Assembly: GCF_023055435.1 (NCBI RefSeq)
Contig: NW_025963791.1
Location: forward strand, 41,478,001-41,542,000
Length of the DNA: 64,000 nucleotides
Source of the DNA: Haliotis rufescens
Lineage: Eukaryota
Direction of reading: 5' to 3'
The translations under genes were made by a program, and so were the position numbers. This document shows positions 12,867-26,559 of the stretch, piece by piece (the first letter of the stretch is position 1; the number at the start of each line of letters is the position of its first letter). The notes below the pieces were generated by a model. It was not told where the DNA came from. It saw only the letters and a list, made by a program, of their open reading frames with translations, and searched no databases.

Positions 12867-13138
12867 GACTCGTGAAAATTTCGGGGTAGAATAGGTCTTC
12901 AGCAACCCATGCTTGCCGTAAAAGGTGACCCTGCTTGTCATAAGAGGCGACTAACAGGATCGGGTGGTCAGGCTCGCTGACTTGGTTGATGCATGTCATT
13001 GATCCCAATTGCGTGGATAGATGCTCATGATATTAATCACTGGATTGTCTGGTCCAGACTCGTTTATTTACAGACCGCCGTCATATATGATATAACTGGA
13101 ATATTACTGAGTGTGGCGTTAAACAACAAACAAAGAAA
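12867..13138 (+). mobile_element. SINE-like family B (non-tRNA structured head), full length
   Basis: 12-bp TSD tattaaacagtc at 12855-12866 and 13139-13150; (AAAC)n-like tail. Related copies at 41058-41314, 63722-63987, 28778-29010 (-), 58927-59040 (5' part) and 5636-5700 (fragment, -). Confidence 0.9.
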
Positions 13139-13544
13139 TATTAAACAGTCATGAGTATCAATATATTCTTTACCCATCATTGTGACCCAACACAATCACA
13201 CAAGACTTACACAGAATTGGGTTGGGGGATATATTTTTGAGAAGCCCTGGTTGGTAGGAGGGAAAAAATAATATAAGGACATTTCAGATTTCTTTTTTTG
13301 TTCTTAAGCTAGAGTGTTTGTGAAGCAGGTCTTGTCTGCCTTACAGCTCAACATACTGTATGCACAATTCTGTTGCAGTACAATGTACACGTCAGTTTTC
13401 AGATCATTCAGATGGTGGGGAACAAAACAATTGTGCTTTTCAGATCATGTTTTTTCTACATTTCTTTTTAGCATCAACAGATCTTTTATGTTTGGCCTTA
13501 TATCAGTGTATTGTTTGACACATAACTAGTTTTAAGAAGTATAC

Positions 13545-13860
13545 CCACTGACAAAAGAAACGCAACTACTATACATATTGGTTAATATATGAAGAATTAC
13601 TCATATTCAAGATATATTAGATTGGTTCACTGCACAAACAAATATACTGTTATGTTGTGTGAACTGACGCTCATGAACGCATCACATATGATGTCATAGA
13701 TCCATGACTCGAGATTAGCGTGTAAAGTTTGGAGTGAGTATAGTTTTACGCCGCTTTTAGCAATATTCCAGCAATATCACGGCGGGTGTAAAGTTTGGAA
13801 ATCTCATGCAACATATAGCAATAAGAATAAAGACACTGTGGTAACACTTGTCTGATTGTT
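13545..13860 (+). mobile_element. Dispersed DNA-transposon-like repeat (second copy 28235-28510) carrying a 52-bp 5'-truncated family C SINE at 13734-13785
   Basis: Aligns with 28235-28510 except for the insert, which has a perfect 14-bp TSD gtgtaaagtttgga (13720-13733, 13786-13799). Confidence 0.8.
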
Positions 13861-13867
13861 AGGTTGG

Positions 13868-14025
13868 AGTGAGTATGGTTTTACGCCGCTTTTAGCAATA
13901 TTCCAGCAATATCACGGCGGGGGACACCAGAAATTGGCTTCACACTTTGTAACAATGTCGGGAATCGAACCCTGGTCTTCGGCATGACAAGCGAACACTT
14001 TAACCACTAGGTTACCCGACCACCC
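13868..14025 (-). mobile_element. tRNA-derived SINE family C
   Basis: On -: tRNA-like head with B-box ggttcgattccc, then ccgccgtgatattgctggaatattgctaaaagcggcgtaaaa and an (ACTC)n tail. Relatives at 62335-62472 (+) and 31586-31680 (-). Confidence 0.88.
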
Positions 14026-14835
14026 AACTTTTGGTCACATTTGAATAATTTAAGCTTGAACATTTAACTGTAGCCAATAATCAGAAAGTTATGAAACAGA
14101 GAATATTAGAAAAATACAGAGACAGATTTTCTGTCAAATAAGAAAATAAGAAAAATAAGAAAGGTATTTATCCTCGTAGTGGGGCATAATAATGTTGGAC
14201 CTGCCTCATATATCATACCCAGACAATATGATCGTTGCTCCTGATATTGACCACAGGTTTGCCTGGCCCCGACCAGAATATTGTGACTGCTGCATTCAAC
14301 AACATTCCTCAACTCCTCAAGAGAATGAAACAACAAGAATGTGGAAAGATATTTTATTTTTTAGCTTGAGGCCATCAAGCCATAATTTATTACATTTTGT
14401 AGAGTAACATCTACAGCAAAAATACAATCCAACATGGTGGTACAAGCAATAAAAAGAAAAATACAATTATAAATAAACAAACCTGGTAATGGCTTTCATT
14501 CCTTGACTAGATATACATACAGGATCTACTACAGAAAGCAGTCTACACTGTTTGGGGTGTCATCAATGCAGGTGTCCATGAACCATCCTGCAATCATACC
14601 ATACACACCATTTCTGTCTTGCATCGATACACGAAATGTGTATTGAAGACACAGTCTTATTATGAACTGTGTTTGTCAAACGTGTACAACTTCACCAATG
14701 AACACAAACTTCAGTATCAATAATTCAAGTTTAAATTCAGATTTTTATTACCAATATTAGAAGGTATTAGTGCAGTAGTACACAAAGTTTTCAAAATCTG
14801 CACGATAATGTTTCAACTTTTTTTATGTTGCTAGA

Positions 14836-15384
14836 CATCTTCCTGAGGTAAGGGAGTTAACTGACTTTAAAAGTCAAGTTTCCACCCTTGTCGAACCAGG
14901 ATGGAACTTCCAGGCTCGATTGTAGAGCCACCAGTGACTTTTATGAGTTATGTACCTTCTTTGTCCCCACTACTGACCAATCAGATTCCACCTCTCCTAT
15001 CTCTTGCACTGGCTTCAAACAAAATGACGGCGCCCAGTCAAGACGACTTCATCGATAATAAAAATCTTTATTGTAATAAAACAAGTTTTACCTCGTGAAG
15101 TGCATCAAATCACTTGAGCACCTTATAAATGAAAAGATTAGGAAAATATGTTCATGCCCAGTTGGCGGTACACATGCTCTGCAAATCCTGCAATCGAACG
15201 AATTCGGCACAGCCATTGCCATGTTGTTTATTAACTGGAGGTCAATTTCGTTACAGGATTTTGATTGGACTATGAATAGATTCGTTAGTCCAGCCAAAAT
15301 ATAACTCCATAATTCCAGCCTAGTTCGACAAGGGTGGAAACTGGACTAGTAAAGTCAGTAAGCTCCCTTACCTCGGGAAGATTG
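14836..15384. mobile_element. Long-TIR MITE with 9-bp TSD, copy 1
   Basis: ~65-bp imperfect TIRs beginning catcttcctgagg; TSD gttgctaga at 14827-14835 and 15385-15393. Confidence 0.88.
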
Positions 15385-16633
15385 GTTGCTAGATACTGAT
15401 ATTGATGATGTGAATGGTGATGTACGTGTAGGACTATCATGACACCCCTGACATTCAGTATCAGTTCAGTATAACAGTTCAATGTTTCACTTCATCAAGA
15501 CATGACAAACCCTCAACAGGAAGTTACATAATTTGTACTAGGAGCAAACTTTGGTACCCAATCTTAAAATGAAAGATGCACAGGCTTTTCAGCCAGTCAC
15601 GTGTTGCCATTCCAAAACAATTAAGTCTTATTACATTCCTAATTTTGTCAATACAATCTGTTTATTTCATAGTCACTTTCTACCTTCCCTGACCCTGATG
15701 TGAAAATGTCGATCAAACCCCCCAAAAAACCCCACACAAACGTAGATGCCACAGGATTTAGAACTGATGGTTTAACATATCTACAACCATTTGTCTCCAT
15801 TCAGGACATTATGTTTATGTTTGTTTTCGAGATTCAGGAATTAGACATATGGTGCTCCAAATGCTTTGCTTGGTTGTATAGAAAATTTTGAATTGACTAA
15901 GAAACCTTATGTGACTTCCTGTGAAGAGTTATCTGAATGGAAAGAAGGATAGAATCGGAATAAAAAATCTAATTTTAGTGAGATACGATAACTAAAAAGA
16001 TTAACTAATATCTATGTCTTTTTAGTGTTCGAATTAGCTGCCAGTCCATTATTCTTACATGATAAATATTTTAAGAAAACTGGTAATTGTTCCAGTTTTT
16101 TTCTTCCTGCTGTCAATATGATAACAAAATATTTGTGAACCTTTTTCAATCTATGGTAAATAGCCATTTTAAGATCTCTTATTCCTTATAAGTTGGCTTA
16201 CAATGTTTTTGCCTATTATTTAATGTAGGTAGCCAAAATTAATTTTAATTATTTTCAAATCCCAGATTAGTACTGCTACAAACAAGTTTTAACATTGCAA
16301 GATACCAAAAGATATGTTATTGGGTGTTTTGTTAGAATAAATATTTTCATATGAATTATTCACCATTTCGTACAAACAGCGGTGATAAATTCTCGTGGTT
16401 TCTTTCATTTCATCTAATTGTAAAACAGAGTTGAACAATTTGGGTGTCAAAAGTCATTGTTGGTCTTGTAACCAACTAAAATATGACCAGCATGCATCAA
16501 ATACAACAACGGTACAAAAGGAGAAGCATTATCAGTTGTAAAAAATAGTGTTCAGCAATCAAGTCAGACCAGACACTTCCATCTTTCCAGACAGTCTGTT
16601 TTACCTTATAGTTCTTACATTATTGGAGAGAGA

Positions 16634-16900
16634 GGGCACGGTTGGCCCAGTCCTCTAAGGAGCTGCAATTGTCTGTGCAGAGTTGTGTCCCTTAGCCACA
16701 CCAGAAACCTATAATTGTGAGTTCAAATCCCGGTTCGCCCCGATTATGTTTCTAGGTTTGTCAGCAGCATACCTGTGCTCGTGGGTTTTACGAAAGTGGT
16801 AAATGTCTGAGACCAACATCACTTTTGTCCCTCATTAAGCTGACACGCCGTGATATACCTGAATACACTTGAAAATGGCTAAAAACCCAAACTCACTCAC
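16634..16900 (+). mobile_element. SINE family A, diverged full-length copy
   Basis: Colinear with 62729-62997; ends in an actcactcac tail. Confidence 0.88.
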
Positions 16901-19054
16901 GACTGGACACATGTTGCTGTGGAATACTACTACTGGAGAGTCTCCACCTCAACAGTAACTATGGCAACTGGAGCTAATTCGAACACTGAATGTAATGGAT
17001 GATATACCACACTACTTTTCTAACTACATATATTTGAGTTAATGATTTCTTTGACCAAACTAATCACTACAACTAAATCCAATATATTGCCAAACATACG
17101 CCTACAAAATCCAGCAGAGAATGCCAGTTACATGGCCGCTCCAACTGCTACTCAATCATACCGACTGAAGTCACACCAACAACCTCCCTCCAGACACACG
17201 TCTGTCTCAACATGTCACAGGTGCTTCTACTGACACAAAAATCTCAATCTTCCATTAGATATTGAATACATATTCACACAGCTCCTGTGCATCCAAGATA
17301 TCATTGTACATGCTGACATCCTGCTCCTTGTTTTACAATAATCTGAACAAAGAATCAACTTTCAAACAAAATGAAAGAAGAACCAAAGGGGCAAATAAAG
17401 CACAGAGCCAAACAATGGCCGTCTGTCCAGCTCTGCTCGCGGATTACTGGTAACAAAGAAGCAGCCTTTGAAATTCATGCTAGAGACTACTAAATGATGT
17501 GGAGGACAAGTAAAAATCCAATGATGCTTGCCCTCATCAAGAAGTAGCAATTGAAGGCTATAACTTAGACTAACATCTAGTCTCTGAAATGAACATATCA
17601 AACAGAAAAAAACAGTTGTTAAATTATCTTAATAAATATAATAAAAAGGAGCCCAGAGACCTTCAATTTCAGATACAGCAGTAATCTAGACTTGCCAAAC
17701 ATTATAGACTTGCATGGGCTGTATTGATATATTTGTATCGGGGTCTGTAAGACACACTAGGCTATAACTCTGAACCAGTTCTCAATGCTTAATTTTGCTA
17801 CAAATCTGAACTGAATAGAACTGAGAGAAAATGTAAACAGTAAACATTTTTGTTTTGTTCAAGTAGCACTAGCGAAAAAAGGTTTATCTGAGTCCCTGGA
17901 CAAATTTCAAAGGCTGGGAACGAGTGAGGTTTCGTTTGGATGGGATTGCAAAAAAACATGACATAAATGTGAGTGAGTCATCACGGACGCCAGAACTGCC
18001 ACCGCGGCAAGTATCACATAGAGACGGAACTTATACTTCATACAGCTTTACAAATATGGTTATGATTCATATTCAAGTATTCATAAACTCTTTATATCAC
18101 ATATTGAAGAAGCAATACATGTACTGACACACACATTAGGATAGTTAGTGTTATTATTCCACCTTGCAAAATATCCATAACCATTTACTCAACAAACTAT
18201 CACAAAGTTAATATTGCCAGTATAAAGAAAACAGTGAAACAAGTACTGGGAAATACAATAAGAGTATTTTGAAATTAGTAGAAGTAGCAATGGCTGTACA
18301 TTCCTAATATTCTTTTGAAGAACTAATACACATCTTACATTTACACAACCTCAACACCAATACCATTGGGGACTGATACAGGTTCACTCATCACAGGGGA
18401 GGAAAACTGAATCAAGTCTTTCACAAACCAGAGGAATAATGGTAAACATTGCGACATAGAGCTGTTACTCTGAAGATTTTGTCATCAACTTCCTTTTCTA
18501 CAATTTTCACGTCTTTCCTGCAAACCCAGTTAAATCATCCCAGTCTTATCCCAAGACAACCCCTTTTTGAAAAGATTTCTGAATTAGTTTCCAGATATAA
18601 ACTAAACACCGCTAAACAGAGGTACCATACTCGCCATAATAAGCAGCCTGAGTGCTTAGAAAATGATAAAGGGGGTGCTTCTTAAAACCTTACAAGTCAA
18701 ATTTGTGTCAGTGATCGTGCGGTAGAGAACAAACCTCGTGCAAACATTGATGAAACTAAAACATTTTTGATAATAGACACCAGGCAAATATACTCCCCTC
18801 CTGCATTGCTGTTTATTGTAAGACATGATGTAATACGCATGACAAAATAAAGACTGGCATACGATAGTGTTCGGTCTTGGTATGGGGCACTTACAAAAAC
18901 TATCCTGAAAAGGTGGTCTTGAAGTTGGTCAGTTTGAAGCAGGACGCCTAATATGGCGAATACAGCATTCAACAAAACTACCAGTTCCTCCTCCTTCACT
19001 AGGGTGTGGCGCTAGCCCTGACACATGACGAGAGGCACTAGAAGACATGCAACA

Positions 19055-21948
19055 CTAGCTATTGAGTTCATGGAATGACTTTGTCCGTGTGACGCGAGAC
19101 ACGTGAGCATCGTAGAGAATACTGTTGACCCGGAAGTAGTGTGGGTTCTCTCCCTCTTTCAGTTCCGGGTCATAGCCAGCGATGTCCTCCATGTTGATGG
19201 GGCACTGATCACAGACTGCACCAACATTATCTGAACTGTGTAATATATCATTATTGTTCGTTCTTGCCTCTTCTGGATTCAGCGATGGCCGTGTTTGATG
19301 GTTGGGGACTGAACACCCAGGAATGGACAACTGGCTCTGATTGGCTCCAGGACCACAGACTAGATGTTGATTGACTAGTTGAGCTTGTTGCCATGGCAAC
19401 AGATGAGGATCACAGTTTGCAGAGGACGTTCCTTCTCCACTGAAGCCCTGAACATGTACAAGGAATACCTTTACTTCAACTTCAAGAGATCATCTTTGGA
19501 TTATGCATAAACATGTCAACAATCTTTCCAAGTCTTGTGTTTGTCACAAACATAAGAAGTAATAATCTATGGAAGAAAGTACCATTGAATTTTCAACATA
19601 CCATATACAAAATTTATAGCCAGAATATCAGATGATAAATCCTAAAGTTAATAAAAGGCCTTAAGTATATGGAGGATTTTGAACTTTTTAACAAAATGTT
19701 TCCATAATCTGCACAAAACAATTGTACCTCATACAAGTGTCTATGTAACGGAGTCTAGAATTTTCCCCCATATCAACTATTTGCGCAAACCTGAGTCGTA
19801 TCTCCTTTAGCTAACCCTTCCTCCTGACTTCGTCTGGCCGATCTGAAACAAACCATCACCAGGTCAGCAGAATAACTCACATTATCGTCATGCATTCAAT
19901 GGCTAGTTCTCCTTTTTTCATGATACATATGTCCCAGATAATAATACTCTCCATTCTTTAATGCAGAACCCAACATTTCCCATTTGTTTTTACATAAGCA
20001 CACACTTCATGGAAACTACCGGTAAGGGAACAAGTACTTACTCAATATGGAGTTTGTTGATGCGTTTTGATATTGGAAGGCAGTCATCGCAGTCTTCCTC
20101 TAGGTCACTGCGAGGACGTTTTCGACAAACACTGAAGCGGAAAGTGATGGATGTATACAAGCTGCTACATCACGATGTGGAAACAAAGGGCTGGCATTAA
20201 CAACAATTACAATCAGGTTGACAAACACAACTGAGATGTATGAAATGAAATATGCACATGATGTTTCAGCAAAATGGGCTGGGTACACCTTACAGTAAAC
20301 TGGAACCTGGAGCCAAGGTACAGGTAATTGCTCATAGTGACTGACATACAGAGTCTGGGCTAAAACTTCCACAGACAAACAGCATGAAGCTGTCTACATA
20401 TGTTTTAGTAGATTTTCAATCTTATTAAAAACAGATTTTTTACTCCAATGTAAACTTCTCTGTGTAAAGATTTACAAAACCTTCATATGTCTCTACCATG
20501 AGTGAACTCCAACGCCCCAATCTAAATAAAGGTTGTGGTTTCATCTCTTGACCACCGCGATTTGGAAATTTTCATTTTAACAAAAGAACACCCTCACAAA
20601 CAAATATTCCCTTCATAGAAACAGTGTGTGCAAAATATCCACAACATTTGTGGCATGTCTGCTGAACTGCTGCTCATGTTTGTTTTGAAGATTAAAAATC
20701 AGATATACTTCACCTGATGTGACCTCCTATGTAGGGTTTGTGAGTGAGTTATATCTTAAGTCACGTTAGCAATATTTCAGACATAATGTGACTTGAACAG
20801 GTTATACAATATTATTAAAAACTGTCCACAAAAGACAGTACAATAACTAGCAAGATATCACAGATTGACTTAAAACTAGTTGGAAAACATTAAAAATAAC
20901 TGATTATTGGGCAACAACACGATATAAAATGGGGCCATAGATCGCCAGCAACAAATGTAAAGACACCATACTAGGGACCGAGGGGACTTACGGTACCTCT
21001 GCTACCACTGCTACCTGTATGGTTCCCCAGCAGGATTCACATCTTTCCCTAGTTACTGGCGATTGTTGCCAGTTAAGCAAGAGATTAAACATGAACAAAT
21101 ATTCTGCAGTTAAAATTGACGTAGACATAAATATAGTTGAGTGAGGTGGTCTTACATACCCTCACAGGGGGAGAAGGGTTTGTGAAAGAGGTTTCATAAT
21201 ATAGCACTGGAATCAAGTCAGGGATTATTTCCTTCTCAACTAGGTATAATACAGCGCACAGTATTAGGCTGCAAAGTTCAACCAACTCTCAGAAATTCTA
21301 CACTTCAGGTCCTCAGATTTGAATTTATTTCAACTATGAATCATAAACATACTAATCATTGTTTTCTGTATTCCTGTAGGATTTCTCAGTTTACTGATGG
21401 ATACAGGCATCTCACACTGCATATCTCAGTGTCTGTTTCCTTGGCTTCTTTTTTAAAATGACCCTACCTTTTTGTCACAGGTGGGTCCAAAGGTCCTAAC
21501 TATAATAAACATATGTCTTTTGTAACAAGAAAGAAATGGGGCTACCAAATCCCCTGCCAATTTAATAGAACACCCAAAGAAACTTTAGCATATTTACTCC
21601 ATAAATATTCTCTTGTCTTTGAAAACCAAATCAATAAGCAACAATTTGAAACATGAATGTGCCATTGTCCTCAAAACAACAAATATAGTGTTCCAAAATA
21701 CATACATTGCAGTCAGGGAAAAGTCCTGTCATAAAATAACGTAACTTCAACGTCATATGATACATAAACGACTGAAGTGTAAAGACAAACAAATCACAAT
21801 AGACTGTGTCTGGGTCGAATCTAACAGTCACAGCAAAAGTTGTTTCTCCGAAGTTGATGGATGAGATATCTACCGAAACATTTGATGCAACTTGGAAATA
21901 TTGGTTAAAATATATGACACATTGATTGAGTTACCTAGCAGCTGCCAT
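19055..21948 (-). CDS. VCF1: FAM104/VCF-like nuclear p97 cofactor, 182 aa, 4 exons
   Basis: Exons 21948-21935, 20131-20042, 19842-19791, 19447-19055; GT-AG and in phase (549 nt). N-terminus MAAASVCRKRPRSDLEEDCDDCLPISKRINKLHIE is NLS-like. C-terminal YFRVNSILYDAHVSR resembles the FAM104 Y..IN..L.EAH helix. Confidence 0.72.
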
Positions 21949-22670
21949 TATAGCTGGAAAGGTTCACACCAAGTGTGTTTTCATGAGTATGCATAATTGT
22001 AAATCTTAGACGGAAGTGGCAACTGTCTGAAACCAAGGGAGGTTACTCTAATTTTATTAGCAGAATTGAGGCCAATTTAAGGTTATGAATGAAGAAACGC
22101 ATTGTGTTCTAAGCTCACATCAAGGCTCACGTTTTATTGTCGTTCGTCCATCCATACATAATTTTTTAAATTCTCGAGATTTATCAAGCAACTTAAAGTT
22201 ATTAACTGTACATGTATTACCAAAGTATATAATGTGCATAATAATATTTAACTAACATAACCGGTTAACGGCCTCGATCACGTAGTTGGTTACATATTAC
22301 GAATATTGCTTTAATACTGGTTTTAGAAAATAAAAACTATACTACTATAGAAAATATCATCTCAAAATACAAACAAGGGTATCAACAACTGTGATGCATT
22401 GTTTCGAAATGATATTGTGAGGCTCTGCATGGGTTGCTTAATAACGAACATGGCTGGTAGGGGGTCGGCTTGGGGTGTGGAAACTATGTTACATAATTCA
22501 AACCTAAATTATGAATAAATAATTCCAAAATTCTAGATACCTTACGCAGTTCAAATCTCTTGTATTTAGGATAAATGTACAAACATCAACGCGTCATTAT
22601 GTTTTGACAACAATTTTTAGAACTTATCTTTGTGCATTCATCCCACCTAGTGTTGTGTAAACACAATCAT

Positions 22671-22671
<1 letters not shown>

Positions 22672-22704
<33 letters not shown>
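22672..22704. repeat. (CA)n microsatellite
   Basis: Perfect AC dinucleotide run. Confidence 0.97.
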
Positions 22705-22708
<4 letters not shown>

Positions 22709-22713
22709 AATCC

Positions 22714-24655
22714 TGTCAGTCGGACAGTCAATCTCGCGTTCGGCTATTTCCGTCAAGCGCCCCCTGTTAACAGATTGTCGGACAGTGACAACAGTCAATA
22801 TAATTCCAAATGGAACCTGTCTCTTAGACAGTGGCGTAACTTATATATTGGCAAAACAACAACTGCCTACACAAATTGTTTCTACATGCCTTTCGCGGCA
22901 ATCCATAGGTCTCTCCGCAAGAGTAACTGCCCTTTCTCAAAGGGATGCTACTCTAACCCTAGTCTATGAGACGTCACTTTTGTTTAGAGTCTGCCTGTCT
23001 TGTCATAACGTTACGAAGTGCAGTCAGATGGTACATACAGCGAAAAAAGCGAAACAAGGTAACAATCTGACATATTTCGACCAAACCCAACATCCAAGTC
23101 GCAGAGGTCTACAAGCACCGATCTGGAAATTGATCCCGCTAGACTAGTGTCCTTGCTAAATTGTTTTGCAATTTATATCTCCACAGTTGCCAAAACTTGT
23201 AAAACGCCCTAGCTAAGTCACATTTAGACATTGATGTTCAATACAGTAGACTATTCTTTTGATAATGATAGCCATTATCCCAGTAGGTTCTCCAGATTTC
23301 CGGTGGTTAATTCTGACTCGATCGCCGAATGTCAAGGCCAACGCCATGTTTCTTTGAAAACAATGAAAGTAGTCCCTACTTGACCTTTGATATTTGCATC
23401 TCCGCGAATGTTCCCATGTCTAACAATATTACGTCAAAAGCTAGGTAAGTGATTTGTCAGTCGGACAGTCAGTCTCACGTTCGGCTATTTCCGCCAAACG
23501 CCCCTGTTGGCGGATTGTCGGACAGTGACAACAGTCAATATAGTTCCAAATATTGGCAAAACAACAACTGCCTACACAAATTGTTTCAACATGCCTTTCG
23601 CGGCAATCCATCAGTCTGTCCGCAAGAGTAACTGCCCAAGCTCCTTTCCAGCGCGTGACACCTTCGTTACGCTCTCGGTAACATCGCTGCCACCAGTGTG
23701 GGCGCGGCCATTACAAGAATCTTGAAATTTGCCCTCTAACCCCAAATGCAGTCACGTTCATACTTTTGTTCATGTGTTTGTGAATGCCATCATTGTTCAT
23801 TTTGAAAAGGTTTACGACTGACCATGTTTTCCAGATGAATTTACTTTGTTGCTTGTATAATCAGATTGGTTCGAGATTGCAGACTAACGGAAAATCAACC
23901 AACTTCTCCCTTACATTCTTACTTTATCAATTACATGATAGTTTTAATGAAATAGAAATTCAAATTGACAAACAAAGAAAGTAATTTAGCAGGGGTAAGT
24001 GTATTAAGTGTCACAACTTACAGTGTCACTTAAAATTGTTTGTAACTATAACGGTCAATCCGTTGCGAGTTCAACTCCAAGCATGGTTGTAGTCATCTAT
24101 CACTGTGGGGAGTTTTGAGCTCCGCGAACGGACTATCGCTGTGAGGAGCTGGAGTAACTGTCCTTTATCAAAGGGAAGCTACTCTAACCCTAATCTATGA
24201 GACGTCACTTTTGTTTAGAGTCTGCCTGTCTTGTCATAACGTTACGAAATGCAGTCAGATGTACATACAGCGAAAAAAACGAAACAAGGTAACAATTCGG
24301 ACATATTTCGACCAAATCCAACTGTTCTAGTTTGGGGATAAGGTTCCAAGCCGCAGAGGACTACAATCACCGATCTGAAAACCGATCCCGCTAGGCTAGT
24401 GTCCTTGCTAAATTGTTTCGCAATTTATAATCTCCAAAGTTGCCAAAACTTGTAAAATGTCCTAGCTACGTCACATTTAGACAACGGTTTTCAGTATAGT
24501 AGACTATTCTTTTGATAATGATAGCAATTATCCCAGTAGTTTCCCCAGATTCCCAATGGTTAATTCTGACTCGATCCCCAAATGTCAAGGGCAACGCCAT
24601 GTTTCTTGGAAAACACAGAAAGTAGTCCCTACTTGACCATTGATATTTGCATCTC
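22714..24655 (+). repeat. Tandem duplication of a ~690-bp unit; the second copy is split by ~515 bp of extra sequence
   Basis: 22714-22932 matches 23455-23637, and 22921-23402 matches 24152-24655. Confidence 0.9.
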
Positions 24656-25865
24656 TATCTGCAAAAGACCCCAACGGATATCGTTTTTATCCGTTGGCTT
24701 TATCCTGTCGAGAAAACCTACCCATTATATAATATGATATCGGTTTGGAATCATCACGTTTGTGTTATGCCTTCTGTTTTGAACATAAATACATGCTAGC
24801 AATGGTGCTTTCATTCATGAATGTTCATAAACTGTCATTGTTATAAAATTGTCAAATGTCAAATGAAATATTGTTATAATATTACACGTATAAAAACAGA
24901 AACCTAAGTACTTGTTTGTTGTCTTTTTCACTGAAACTAGAGGATGCCATTACTATGACTGAGGGATTAGATTTTAGAATGGTTGTGCAATCAACCGTAG
25001 TAATTGTTCTTTTAGCGGTTCTGCGTTTTGGGAGTTCTGCATTATGACAGGATACCGAAAATACAAACTTATCTTGATAATACTAATTAATGATTTTAGA
25101 TTAAAATCCACCACCAAATAAATTCAAATAGAATTGTATGTCATCTCTGCTGCTTCTACATAATTAATTGTTAGATAGAGGTTCAAATCCAAATTAGAGG
25201 TAGCAGAAGACCTACACTACTTAAAGGCAATTAAGGTCGGGCTAATCGCCACAGGTTGGCACATTACAATTTTTGTTCCTAACATGATATTTACGATACG
25301 TATACACTCACGGCAAATAATCGCTAGGTTGGTGTAATTTGTACAAACGACATCAATAAACCATCTCAATGTTTGCGATAATATTATGCTGATAACCGCG
25401 AAAGAGTGTCTCTTATATATCTTGTCGACCTAAATTAAGGACCCACCAATAATAGCATTTAAATAAGAAGACTGTATATGCTCAAACGTTGTTGTTTTTT
25501 ACTTCACTCGTATACATGACAGACATTGAATCGCGTATTAGAGCTACTTCATTAGCCAACATCACGTGGGCATCCCTAAAGAAGCCTTGCAAAATATTAT
25601 CGAGTGTTACAAGAAAAACAGTGGTTGATCGCAAGAGCAGCGATCCATGCAATCAGGACTCGATGACATACAGGCGAAAACAGTGACCTGTCGATGTTCA
25701 TTTGTCCTCTCTTACAACAAGCATGATGCACTGGTGACCTTTTCTTATTCCAGAATTCCAAAATTCCATTGAGAACCTCAGAAAACTCTCAAGATGACTA
25801 CGGTGCAATGTAGAATATATCATTACCGTTTTTCATGAAGAATTTAAATTAGGCAAGACTTATTG

Positions 25866-26060
25866 TGAGTGAGTGGGCTGGGTTTAACGCCGCTTTTAAC
25901 AGCATGTCAGCTTGATGTGGGAGGAAAGTCCGAAGTGATGCAGGTCTTAGACCACTACCAAGAAACCAACGTAAACGGATACGGTGACAAACCCAGAAAT
26001 ATAATCTATTTGAACCTGGAGTATAACCAATCACAGTTTTCTGGCATGTCCGGTGACTCA
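25866..26060 (-). mobile_element. SINE family A, degraded
   Basis: gtgagtgagtg tail; tgtgggaggaaagtccgaagtgatgcaggtcttaga matches the family A body. Confidence 0.8.
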
Positions 26061-26559
26061 GTACATTGTCCTTGTCCACCAATGATGATTAATGTTGTTT
26101 TTGTGACTGGAAATAATTCTAATTAATGTCTGAGGTTTAATCAAAATATGTTTCATACCCGCATATGAAACGGACTCTTTAACGTTTTAACTAAGAACCT
26201 TGAAGTGTGTCAGATATTCACAAGGATTTTTAACTCAGCTTGTATTGTCTTTCGTCAATGGCGTTTATGTATCTCCGACAGTAAACATGTATATACTACT
26301 CGACGTCTCTGCCAGTGACAAACATTGTTTGGTTACGAATTGGCACTGCCTTTCCTTGATTCATTTATAATTTGTACATCATGTACAGCACAAATGCAGC
26401 AATGTAGTTCAAGTTACAGCGAATAGGAGGATCATACACAATTCAAAGTTTGCTAAGGATCACCACTTTGAATATAAAAGATAATACGTCAAATTGTGTG
26501 CATCTGTTGTAATAGTCGAAGACAATATTGCGTGAAGACATGTTTAATTAACAAGTCCG

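Noticed and set aside
21415-21462. Possible in-frame cassette exon (VILKKKPRKQTLRYA) in VCF-like intron 1
   Set aside because: It is phase-compatible, but the acceptor is purine-rich with no polypyrimidine tract; unsupported without RNA data.
22632-23147. 171-aa ORF
   Set aside because: It runs through a CA microsatellite, and its duplicate copy does not preserve the frame.
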